Source: an uncultured Planctomycetaceae bacterium
Lineage (GTDB): Bacteria > Planctomycetota > Planctomycetia > Planctomycetales > Planctomycetaceae
Assembly (NCBI GenBank): GCA_963813715.1
Contig: CAWFAK010000002.1
Coordinates: forward strand, 32,001-96,000
Length of the DNA: 64,000 nucleotides
Direction of reading: 5' to 3'
Below, one piece after another: positions 49,301 through 60,041 of this stretch (position 1 is its first letter; each line of letters starts with the position of its first letter). A program made the translations under genes and the position numbers. Under the pieces are notes generated by a model, which did no database searches, was not told where the DNA came from, and was given only the letters and a program-made list of their open reading frames with translations.

Positions 49301-49330
49301 ATCTACCATGGTAGATCTATTGCGGTAGTC
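49301..49330. promoter_or_regulatory. Putative BlaI operator(s) overlapping the blaI promoter
   Basis: Perfect palindrome ATCTACCATGGTAGAT (49301-49316) followed by imperfect CTATTGCGGTAG; TTGACC at 49288-49293. Confidence 0.65.
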
Positions 49331-49372
49331 GACACAGGGACTGCCGTCTTTGAACCGCCGGGAGGAACCAGT

Positions 49373-49765
49373 ATGTCCCGCGTCCGCATGGGCAAGGTTC
49401 AACTGAGGATAATGCGTGTGCTCTGGGATCGCGGCCGGGCCAGCGCTCGCGAAATCACCGAACTCCTCAACCAGGACGAGCCGATCGCCCACAGCACCGT
49501 GCAGACGCTGCTTCGAAAGCTCGAAACCAAGGGGGCCGTCGGGCACGACGCGGCCGAGCGCACGTTTGTCTTCTTTCCCCGCGTCGCCGAGGAAAACGTG
49601 CGCCGGGGCGCGACGCATGATCTCGTCGAGCGCGTCTTCGGCGGTTCTCCCGCGCAACTGATGTCGTACCTGCTGAAGAACGAGCGGGTCTCGAAGAAGG
49701 AACTGGAAGAAATTCGTCGCCTGATCGAGGAGCGGGCCCAAGAGCCAAAGAGGGGCAAGCGATGA
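49373..49765 (+). CDS. BlaI/MecI/CopY-family repressor
   Basis: QLRIMRVLWDRG, STVQTLLRKLETKG, RTFVF, VFGGS, ELEEIRRLI. Confidence 0.93.
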   Translation: MSRVRMGKVQLRIMRVLWDRGRASAREITELLNQDEPIAHSTVQTLLRKLETKGAVGHDAAERTFVFFPRVAEENVRRGATHDLVERVFGGSPAQLMSYLLKNERVSKKELEEIRRLIEERAQEPKRGKR

Positions 49766-52700
49766 ACTCCACACAATTCACGGCCGACGTCAACACGCTG
49801 ACATCGTTCGGCGCGGCACTCGCCGCCTTCGTCCTGATCCAGACCACGGCCGTTCTCGCCATTGGACTCCTGTTCGCGCGAACCTTTCATCGCCGCGGGG
49901 CAGCCGTACGGTCCGCTTGGTACCGGATCATCCTGGCTGCGGCGATGCTCACACCATGTGCGTGCGCTCTGGTCGGACCGGCCGTCGCGCGGGTTCACAT
50001 CCCAATCCCCTTTCTCAATCGGCCCGTCCACATCGCGGGCGATCCAATCGTCGCCACGGCGCCGCTCGTGGATCGGCCATCGCCATTGGCCGAAGACCCG
50101 TCGACAAACTCGCTGATTCCGCGCGAACGGCCGCCGGTCGTACCGCCTCAACCCGCGGTTTTCCCGGCCGCCGCATCGGACCGACTCATTCACGCCGACC
50201 AACCTGTGCGGCCCGCACCACCGCCATCCGCACCGGGCTCATCGTGGTTCAACTTTGGGGTTGTCGCGTTTTACATGCTGTGGCTCTTGGTGTCGGCATT
50301 GCTGATTGCGCGACTGAGCCGTTCGATCCTCGGAGCAATGCGCCTCATCCGCACCGCCGCGGATCCGGAGCCGCAGGATGCCGCCCGTCTCCGGCAGCTC
50401 GCGGTCGAGCTACGCGTGCGCGCTCCGGATCTCAAGCGCAGCCCGTTCGTGACGGGCGCGTGCGTATTCGGTTGCCGACGCCCTGTGATCCTGCTATCCG
50501 AGACGGATTTCGGAATCGGTGATGACGTCCTGGTTCACGAGCTGGCGCACGTCGCGCGACACGATTGCATCTGGCAGCTGATGGCCGAATGTGCCGTGGC
50601 GATGCTCTGGTTTCAGCCTCTGTTGTGGCGTTTAAAAAGCCGGATGGAGGAATGCGCGGAGGAAGTCTGCGACGACTACGTTCTGCAATTCGGGGCCGAC
50701 CGCTGCGGTTATGCCGATCAACTGACCCGGATTGCCGAGCGTTTTGTGCCGCTGGCAACGCAAGTCGGGATCGGAGTGGTCTCCCTCCGTTCTTCCCTCC
50801 GCCACCGCGTGACACGCATTCTCGACTCCTCGCGTCGATTGCAAACGCGGGCGGGACGGAAAACCATCGCGGGCCTATTGTCCGGGGCGGTTGCCGTGGT
50901 TCTGGCAGCCAGCTTGATTGATGTCGGTCGCCAACCCGATCGCGCTGCAGGTGCCGCGACCGACGTGGTGCTGAGGCCCCCAGCGACTGATCAACCCAAG
51001 TTGACACCCGCGAAGGAAGAACACGGTGACGTCGTCACCGTTCGCGGGCAGGTGTTGACCGCCGAGGGTCGGCCAGCGGTGGGAGCGAAGGTCTCGGCGA
51101 TTTGGGACGTGCAGACGTGGGACGTGTGGTATCGACCGATCGCGACAGTGAACACGGGGCCGAATGGTCTGTTCGAGCTTGTCTTTCGAAAATCGCAATT
51201 CGGCAAGAGCCCTAACCGCATCGATGAGTGGCAACAAACAGTGATCGAGGTCCAGGCCGACGGCTGCTGCTTCGAATGGATTTACTGGCCCAAAATCGAT
51301 GCAACGAGACCGCTCGTGTTCAAACTTTCGCCTGATTTTCCGATCCATGGACGTGTGGTTGACCTGCAAGGGCAGCCGGTGGCCGGCGTGGCGGTTTGTC
51401 TCCTTTCTGTGAGTGAATCGCGCAACGCAAGCCTCGATTCCTGGCTCAAACGATTCAAAGGGGATAGCCCGTCCGGAGCGGAGTCCGCTCCAGCTATTGG
51501 CCGTAGGCGGCCGCCGCGCGATCGCACTGACCCGTGGGCCGTCACGAATCAAGAGGGCCGTTTCGTGATCCGAGGAATCCACGCCGAGCGCTTCGTCACC
51601 GCGGTGCTGCGAGGGGACTCGATCGCGTATGAGGAACTCTCGATCGTGACCAAGAACACGCCGCCAGTCGTCCGCGGTCCGTCCGATTTCGAGCGTCTGA
51701 TCGACAAGGTCTACGGGGCTGACTTCACCCATCCCGCCGCACCCGGCCGATCGATCGTCGGTACGGTCCATGACGCCGCCACGGGCAAGCCGCTGCCCGG
51801 GGTCGCCGTCGAGGCATGGCGAATTGCCGGCTCGAATCGAGAGGGTTTCGGAGAGCCAAGAGTTTTGACCGACGCAAACGGGCAATACCGGCTCATCGGC
51901 ATCCCCAATGGGAAAGGCAATGAACTGTTGCTGCGGCCGAGCGATGATCAGCCCTACCTCAAGCGACAAGTGGACGTCCCCGCGTCACCGGGATTTGAAG
52001 CGATCAAATTTGACATTCCACTGCACCGCGGGCTGTGGATCACCGGACGAGCCACCAACAAGGTCACCGGTAAACCCGTCGCGGCGCGGCTGTACTATCT
52101 TCCATTTCGCGACAACTCATTCGCACGTCAGCTCCCCGAATTTCGCAGCCGCTCGGTGGACGGAGAAGATCGTCCGACTTGGACCTGGGAAGACGGCACG
52201 TTTCGGATTGTCGGGCTGCCCGGACGGGCAATCGTCGGCGGATGGACTGCGTCCGCCGAACACTACCGCGGGCGTCGGCGCCTCCGAAATTCAAGGGATT
52301 AACAAGAACGGCTGGTTTCCGACTTACGGCTATTTCCAGGCCGGAAGCAAATGGCCCGACGTGCTCAAAGAGATCAATCCGCGAAGGAGTCGAAGAAGTC
52401 CGTTGCGACCTCGTCTTTGACCCTGGTGAGACGATCCACGTCTCGCTGATCGACCGCAACGGCAAGCCGGTGAGCGGCTCGAATGTCGTCGGCGGATGGA
52501 CCGCCCCGAGCGACGACGCACTCCCCAAGCCGTCGACGTTCGCCATCGTCAATCTGGCGCCCGGGCGAGAAACGGCCGATTTTGATCCGAAACGACCACT
52601 TGAACCTCGGCAAGTTTTTGCTGCTCGACCCGACCGAGAAGACGCCAAAGTCGTTGACGATTACGCTCGAGCCGTGCGCCACGATCGTCGGCCGGCTCGT

Positions 52701-52959
52701 CGATCCAGACGGCATCGGAGTCCAAGGAAGTCTGGTCGGAATGCCTCGCCCGACTGGTGACTTTTGGCCGCAGCTTCCGCCGGTTGCGAGTGAGCCTGAC
52801 GGCAAGTTCAAAGTCGCCGTTCCACCCGGCTGTCCATACGGCCTACGCGCGGATGTTCGCGGATTCCGGACCGACTTTACGAGGGATGTCACGGTAGAGC
52901 CCGGCAAGACAATCGACGTCGGCGAGGTCAAGCTCCAGAAAGAACGGCGACGGCGATGA
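49762..52959 (+). CDS. BlaR1-like M56 peptidase with extracellular carboxypeptidase-regulatory-like repeats (frameshifts 52270-52580)
   Basis: HELAHVARHD, WFQPLLW, EEVCDD, LRHRVTRILD; repeated GRVVD.QGQPVAG / TDANGQYRL units; ATGA overlap with blaI. Confidence 0.9.
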
Positions 52960-53766
52960 GTGCTGGCGACGCCCTGGACCCGGCACTTTTCGGCAATCTC
53001 CGTTGGCCGCTCCGATCGTTTCGCCGCGGGAAGGTGTTGGTCCACAAGACCTTTGGCGCCAGCGAGCGTGGGCACCTCTGTGTCATCAACTCATGCGTTT
53101 GCGCCGGCACCCGGATTCAGGGTCGCGAGAACGATCCGCTAGCGCGCAGACTCGACCTCCTGCTCGCCCTTCGGCCATTGCGTGCCCGGCGCGGTTGCGA
53201 CGAACAGCGTGCACAGTGCCGGTTCTGGAGCGGCGATGGCAAACGGCATCGGGCCGAAAAATGCGGAGTGAAAGCCGGCGCCATTTTCCCGTGACATCAG
53301 GCAGACCCAAGTGACCCGGACGTTCGAGTGTTGTCCCAACGCACGCGCCCTTATGCTTCCACCAGAATCAGTATCACCGTTTGATGGGGTTTGCAAATCG
53401 ACGTCTCCTCGCATGGTCTCGACGCCGGCGGCGTTCAGGTGCACGCGATGCCACGATAGCGCCGGGTCGTGCCACTCCAAGACCGGAGTGGCGATGGACG
53501 CCCTCACGCTCTCGGGCGTTCGCTCGAGTAAGCTGTCGAGGGTGCAAGGCGAGGATCGAAGCCGCGGTCGGCGAGGAATCTCAGAAAATTGATCTTGGAG
53601 GAATCGGATTTTTGTGGCTGAATGGAGAGAGCGGCTCTGTGAGCGAGCGTCTGGTTCGCGCGCTTCTTGGGTGTCGACGGCCGCCGTGCGCGCAGGCGTC
53701 GGAATCCGCCGCGGCGACCGCTGCCGGTCGACGCGGTTAACGAAATGTCATCCCAAGGGGGTGTGG

Positions 53767-54550
53767 TGTGGTCACCTACTTTCACCAGGTAGTTGACCAC
53801 AGAGATAGTTGACCACGGGATGCCGGCTCGGGACGGGACACGTTGTTTCACCGAGAAAGTCCCGAGAAATCTCCCCTCACGCTTGACCTGTCCAGCTCGA
53901 CTGTCTTCGAGCCTGAGACCCGAAGGGAGCTCGCCGAAGTCAGAGCCGAAGTTCCATCCGAAACGGATGGGCGAGGGGAAAGCGGGACGGGATAAGGACC
54001 GGACAGAGCCTGGCCGGTGGGTCCGGACACTTTGATTCAATAGTGAGATGACCCACAAAGTAGTTGACCCACCACCCGCTTGAGTCCAAGGTCCAAGGTC
54101 CAAAGTCACGGCGGACTGCACCGGCAGGCCCGAATGTGTCTTGGGGGGGCCCCGTGGCTGCGGGTCGCGACGGCGGGACCGGGACGGGACACGTTGTTTT
54201 ATCGAGAAAAACTCGGCGAATTGGGTCGCACGCCCGGCCTACTGTGCGGGACGGACACATCCCTTATGCCCAGGGTCCAAAGGTCCTGGACTACACCGGC
54301 GGGCGTTTCTAGATGGGCCTCGCGGGGACGGGACGGGACACTGGGACCGGGACGGGACAAGTTGTTTTATCGAGAAAATCCAGGGAAATCGGCCCTCACC
54401 CCGCCCCTCTTCGGCTCGACTGAGCTCGCCGAAGTTCAGCGGACTGGGAAAGGGTGAAGAACTAGGACGGGACACTGCGACCGGACGGGACTGGGACGGG
54501 ACACGTTGCTTTATCGAGGAAAGCCCGGAGGTCCGGTCCGGTCACTTTCT
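53767..54550. repeat. Repeat mosaic: four 29-bp GGGACGGGACACGTTGTTTTATCGAGAAA copies plus nested palindromes
   Basis: Copies at 53830, 54181, 54349 and 54493; shared GAGCTCGCCGAAGT (53927, 54422), TAGTTGACC (x3), GTCCGG.CACTTT (54021, 54536). Confidence 0.85.
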
Positions 54551-54639
54551 TTGAGAGGTCGTCGACCGAAGAGAGAGGCGGCCGCAGCGGACACAGGTTG
54601 TCCGACGGAAGGTGAACTTTGGACCTCAGTCCGCCTTCG

Positions 54640-57397
54640 TCAGTTCCGTGACGCCTTCGCGTTGGGCTCCGTCGCCACGCGGGTGGGGTCGGCTTCGGCG
54701 CTCATCACGCGGCCGAAGGTGAAGTGGGAGCCCATCGGCAGCGTCTGGATCTCCTCTTTATCCGCGACCGTGCGGCGGAGCGTGACTGGGTACGGGACGG
54801 GGAAATCGCTCGATTCGTTGGGCTTGAGCGTGAACGGTCCGCCCCACGGGCTTTGCGGGCCGCGGACTTCGTAGGTGATTGGCTCGGACGTTCCGTTCGT
54901 GATGCGGGTCCGCGCGGGCAAATACGAGAGCGAGATGAACGGGCCGATCGTCTCGATCTCGGACACCCGCAGATTCGAAGTGCCGATCAGGCGGTCCTTC
55001 ATCGCGACTTCGTCGACCAAGTCGAGCTTGCCGGCCGCCTCCCAGGCGGTCCGCAACAGCTCGGCGATTGCCTCCGGATGCAGCGTTGAATCGGTGGCCG
55101 CATAGCCGGCAGCGAAATGTCCCTTCACGTCGATCTGTTCGGGAGACGTTTTCTTGAGCCGGAACGTCCGCTCGGTGAAGGCCGGCTCGCGGACGGTGAG
55201 CTTGAACTCCTGCACGGCGCGGAGATCGAACTCGGCCGCCGGTTGCCACTTGGCCTGCGACGGGGATGTTTTGATTTCGATGGACACCACCAGGTGCGGC
55301 AGCCCGAGCTGCACGAGACACTTGGGGACGGCGTTGGCCGCGTTAGTATCGGCCGATTTGGTATTGGCCGAGTTCGCGTCGGCCGACGATTCGCCAATAC
55401 CCCGGGCGGTCACGGGGACGGTGGACTCGATGGCGTTACAGAGAATGGGCTCGACCGCGAGGAACCGCGTGCGGATCTGGAGGTTGTTGCCGTATCGCAA
55501 GAGGTCGGGCACCGCCTTGGCGATCTGGTCGATCTCGCCGAACGCCCCAAATTCCTTGATCGACATATCGTTGGCGTTCATCACCGCCGCGCCCGAGTCG
55601 ACGATGGTTCCCGTCAGTCCTTCCGCCATCGCCCCGGAGAATCCCAGGGTGAAGCCGCGGCTGACGTTTAAGTTCTCGAGCTTCACGGCCGGGCGCTCGA
55701 CTCGGCGAACTGGACGCGACGTGGGATTGAAGCCGGGCTGCGCGAAGACGGCCCCCAGGATCATGCCCACGCCGCCCTGGTTGACGTTCAGGGAATCGAC
55801 CCACAGGCGGTATCGCGGCTGCAGCGCCGGCATCGGCCAGCCGCCGATCTCGCGGGTCGACGTCAGCGACTTGTCGAGTTCTTGTTCCAGCCGCTGGACG
55901 AGGCCGGGCACGGCGTCGACGACTTTCTGTTCGATTTCGGTCTTACGCTCGTAGGCCCCCTGCACCAGCTTGGACGACACGGTATTGGCGATGCGGTTGC
56001 GGATCAGCGGCGTGCCGACCGCGACGCCCACCTGCGGCGTGGTCACGTAATAGTTGTCGTTGGGGATGTCGAACTGGCGTCGGCCGATTTCAAATGTCAC
56101 TCGCTTATCGACGACGGTCGGCCGCACATCGAAGATCAGCCAGACGGGCCGCACCTGCCCGACGACGATATCCATCGGGCCGGCGCTCGCGGCGATCATC
56201 CGGCTACGCACGGTGGTCGAACCGATTTCCGCGATCAGGTTTCGCAGACCCAGGTTGATCGTCACCCAGCCGTTGTCTTTGGTCGAAACGACGACTCGTT
56301 CGAGCGTGCCGCGATAGTTGATGCCGGCCAGCGTAATGCGGAAGCGGCTGACGACCCCCTGGCGGCTCTGATAGATATCGGGCGCAGTCGCCGAGAGGGC
56401 GTCGGCCGGCACCAGGTCCGGCAGCGCGTAGCAGAGCGTTTCGATCGCCTGTGGATCGAGGTGGACATAGACCGCCTGCGGAATCTCGACGCCCGGCACG
56501 AACGGCTGCTGGAAGTCGTGCTGCATCTGCGGCTTCTTGAGCGGCCGCCGGACGCTTTGCAGCACGCTTTCCGGCTTCGGCTCCGTTTGCGGGTTGAGCA
56601 TCCATTCGTAGACCGCGTCGTTATTGAAGACGATGTTCAGGATGTTGTGCCGCACCTCTGGCAGCAGCGTGAAGTAGGCGCGGCCGCCCGCGTCGCGGAC
56701 CGCTTCGATCATCCGCTTTTGCTCGGCCGGCTTGACCTCGAGGTCCTTGCTGCCGTGAAACGCCCAGACGGGGACGTTCTTGAGGTTGCGGGCCTTCGAC
56801 ACATCACCGAGCCCGGCCACCGGCACGATCGCCGACCAGCGCGACGGCGTGGCGGCGGCGATGTTCCAGGTGCCGAAACCGCCCATCGACGCCCCGGCCA
56901 GAATTTCGTGCTGGCGGTCGACGTTGAACTCTTTTTCGACCTCGTCAAGGATCGCCAGCGCTCGCTTGGCGTCGGGTCCGTCGGTCCGCCAGCCGACAGC
57001 CGCCCGCCCTTCCACGTCTTCGCACTGCGGGAAGACGACGAGCATGGGGAGCGTCTCGGCGCGGGCTTCGATCTGCGGACCGATGCCGCCGATCAGGGGC
57101 AGCCGTGCCGTCCGTCCCGCGGGAGCCGGCTCCGTGCAGGTAGAGCAGCACGGGCCATTTCTGGTCCGCCCGGTAGGCGGCCGGAACGAAAACGGTGTAT
57201 TTATGCTCGCCGGCGTCGTCGCGGTAGATCCGCCGGAGAAAGCCGGTTTTCGGTGCTCCGGCCGGCTGCGTCTGCCCGTCGGCGGCGCTCGCCAGGCTGA
57301 CGGCGACGACGGCTGCGTACAGTGCCGCAAACGAGGTCACCGGCACTGTCAATCGACGAAACGATCCCCAAACGCTCGTGCGCGTCAGCATCGACAT
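54640..57397 (-). CDS. Secreted alpha/beta-hydrolase (esterase/peptidase) fused to a long C-terminal region resembling a BPI/LBP fold (frameshift near 57105)
   Basis: Signal peptide; YTVFVP..WPVLLYLHGAG, VVFPQC, GASMGG, FHGSKD, PEVRHN; then ~600 aa beta-rich region. Confidence 0.85.
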
Positions 57398-57786
57398 CAG
57401 CCCCTCGTCTCAAAAATTTTCGGCCGCCCCTCGTGCGAGAGAGGGCTGCGCGCCGGCCGTGCATCCTTGCGTGGCTGATTCGATTCCGTCGAAACGGTCG
57501 CGTCTCTTGTATCGGCGGGCTGGCAGACTCGACTGTCCGAGCCGGAACAGCACGCATCGTGAAACCCCGAGGTTTCTTCGGGCGAGGCGGCACAATTGAA
57601 GCGGCCGTTGCGTCGTGGACTTCACGCGCGAGCGGCGCCCGAGGCACGCGCACGACAGGTCGCAAAGTTTCCGATCACCGCGCGACCCGCTGTGCCGAAA
57701 CATCTGGCACGGCTCTTCGCGCGCCAAGCGAGATGCGGCGGCGGGCAGAGTGGGCGAATCGCCGGAAATTCGACTACGATCGGGAG

Positions 57787-58737
57787 ATGGCCCTGAAGGA
57801 ATTGCAATGCACCGTCAACGCGCGGCAAACCGGGCGGATCGATCGGGTTGTGCAGGCGCTCACCGGTCGGTCGCGAGGCGACGTCCGCGGGCTCTTCGAT
57901 CAAGGCCTGGTGCGACTTGACGGCGAGATCTGTCCCCACGCGGGCGCACTGGTGGCTGAGGGGAATGTCGTGAACGTCCGGCAGGATCCGCGCATTCACT
58001 ATCGCTCCAAACCACGCCAACGGGCGGCGTCGGGTACGAACGCGGCGACCGGGCCGTTCCGGCTGGTGTTCGAGGACCGCGACTTGATCGTGGTCGATAA
58101 GGCCGCGGCGGTGCTCACCGTGCCGACCGATCGCGGTGAAACCAATACGCTCCTGAACGCCCTGACCCGTTCACTCGAACGGCGGGGCCAGCGCGGACGG
58201 GTGACCGTCGTGCACCGGCTCGATCGCGGGACCTCGGGCTTGTTGGTGTTCGGCAAGAATCCGCTCGTCGGCCGCGAACTCCAGGCGCAATTTCGCGTCC
58301 GGAAAGCCGAACGAGAATATGCGGCCCTCGTCGCCGGTCGGATCGAGCGATCGGCCGGCACGTTCGACAGCCGCTTGGGAACCAGTCGCAGCCTGCAGCG
58401 GTACTCAGTCCGCGAGGATCGCGACGGTGAACGGGCTGTTACCCATTACCGCGTCGAACGGCAGTTTGCCGACGCGACTCTTGTTCGCGTGACGCTCGAG
58501 ACCGGCCGGCGGAACCAAATTCGGGTCCATTTCGCCGAGGCCGGCCACCCCGTGCTCGGCGACGGACGCTACGGCGTCGAGGCGGCGCGTCATCCGGGCT
58601 GGCGCTATAAGCGGTTGGCGCTCCACGCGACGAAGCTCGGCTTCGATCATCCGCACACGCACGAAGGGTTGCGATTCGAGTCACCCCTGCCGCCTGAGTT
58701 CGAATCGTTCATCGCCCGACAACGCCGGAGCGACTGA
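57787..58737 (+). CDS. RluA/RluD-family pseudouridine synthase with S4 domain
   Basis: RIDRVV, FEDRDLIVVDK, VHRLDRGTSG, LETGRRNQIRVH, HPVLGD, LALHA. Confidence 0.94.
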   Translation: MALKELQCTVNARQTGRIDRVVQALTGRSRGDVRGLFDQGLVRLDGEICPHAGALVAEGNVVNVRQDPRIHYRSKPRQRAASGTNAATGPFRLVFEDRDLIVVDKAAAVLTVPTDRGETNTLLNALTRSLERRGQRGRVTVVHRLDRGTSGLLVFGKNPLVGRELQAQFRVRKAEREYAALVAGRIERSAGTFDSRLGTSRSLQRYSVREDRDGERAVTHYRVERQFADATLVRVTLETGRRNQIRVHFAEAGHPVLGDGRYGVEAARHPGWRYKRLALHATKLGFDHPHTHEGLRFESPLPPEFESFIARQRRSD

Positions 58738-58770
58738 GTTCGACGCGAGCCAACACGTCGATGCGAAGAA

Positions 58771-58830
58771 CCCTCGTTGACGCTTCGGGTTGGTGTCTTC
58801 GCCTTTACTAACTCGAAGCGTGAGCGAGGG
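58771..58830. repeat. REP-like doublet family C between convergent genes
   Basis: CCCTCGTTGACGCTTCGGGTTGGT ... ACTAACTCGAAGCGTGAGCGAGGG; second copy at 62674-62732. Confidence 0.8.
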
Positions 58831-58864
58831 CTCTTCCTGGCGAATTGCCCGACAGCCGCACCCA

Positions 58865-59253
58865 CTAGTGCCACAGGCCGAGGATGGCGGCGAAGATCAA
58901 GAATCGCACGACATGATAGCTCGAGTCGATGAGCCAATGCCGCCACGGGCGATTCTCGAACGTGTCGTTGACGCCGAAGCTCGCCGCCACCAAACAGACG
59001 CCCACGATGAGGCCTTGCCGCATGGCAAAGCCGGGATCGGGAGCCGCGCCCAACAGCAAGGCGAATCCGGACGCGGCCACGAGCTGCAGCACAAACAGCA
59101 GAAGGAACATCTGCGGCGTCGGCGTGGGGGGCTTTTGAATTTGCGCGGCCCGAATCCAGACGTGCAAAAAACCCCAGGGCGAATACCAAAGCAGGCCCAG
59201 GGCGTAGCCGGCGAGTGCCGCCACGATGCTGCCTCCCAGTTGATGCCAGACAT
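58865..59253 (-). CDS. DUF1761-family membrane protein (5' frameshift)
   Basis: MSGINW..., ALGLLWYSPWGF, NDTFENRPWRHWLIDSSYHVV. Confidence 0.8.
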
Positions 59254-59281
59254 GCTGCTTCCTTACTCGAGTTGCGATCGA

Positions 59282-60041
59282 TCAGGATTTGCGGCCGATA
59301 TGGCGTGCCGCAAAATCGGCGACGGACTGCAGAGTTTCCGCAGCGCACCACATTTCGACAAGCGCACTCCCCTCGGCGGCCGTCAATTGCCGGGCCGAGT
59401 CGCACAGGGGCTTGCGCAGCGCGCGTTTCGTGGCGGCGTAAACGGCGCTCGGAATGGCGGCCAGTTCGCTGGCCACGTCGCAGGCCCGTTCGATGAGGCG
59501 GTCGGCATCGACCAGCTCGTCGACCAGGCCGCGAGTCGAGCGCCTCCTCGGGCGGCCAGGTGCGGCCGCTGAGAATCAGCGTCGCCAAGTGTTCCGGCGG
59601 AGTGGCGAACCGCGCGATCTCGAGCGCCCACGAGGGGAACTCGACGCCGACGCGAATCTCCGTGAGGCCGACGCGGGCCTTACCACGGGCGAGGATCCGC
59701 TGATCGCAGGCCAACATGATGATCGCGCCGCCGGCGATCGCGTGTCCGTTCACCGCGGCCACCAGCGGTTTGGAGAACGTCGCCAGTCGCTCGAATCCGG
59801 CCACCATCCGCGGGACGAAGCGGCGGACATAATCGGGGCCGCCACCTACCAGCGCAGGCAGATCGACGCCCGCTCCGAACACGGCTCCATGTCCCGTCAG
59901 CACGACCGCCTTCGTCGGACCGCGCTCGAGAGATTGCAAGCATTCGTCGAGCGCCTGGGTGAATTCGAGATTGAGCGCGTTCCCTTTGCCAGCGACCATT
60001 CGCAAGAGGGTGACGACGCCTCGCTCTTCCAGCTCGATCAT
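59282..60041 (-). CDS. Enoyl-CoA hydratase/isomerase (frameshift near 59535)
   Basis: FGAGVDL, KPLVAAVNGHAIAGG, GLTEIRVG, C-term YAATKRALR. Confidence 0.9.

Noticed and set aside
49373..52959. Beta-lactam resistance locus
   Set aside because: No beta-lactamase or penicillin-binding sensor domain seen; BlaI/M56 pairs with Ig-like repeats are an expanded generic family in Planctomycetes.
52956..53750. Short ORFs after the BlaR gene (e.g. 53139-53507 minus)
   Set aside because: No motif, RBS or codon support; possibly a decayed remnant but not callable.
53830..54521. CRISPR array interpretation of the 29-bp repeats
   Set aside because: Spacers are 115-322 bp, uneven and partly homologous to each other; no cas genes in the window.
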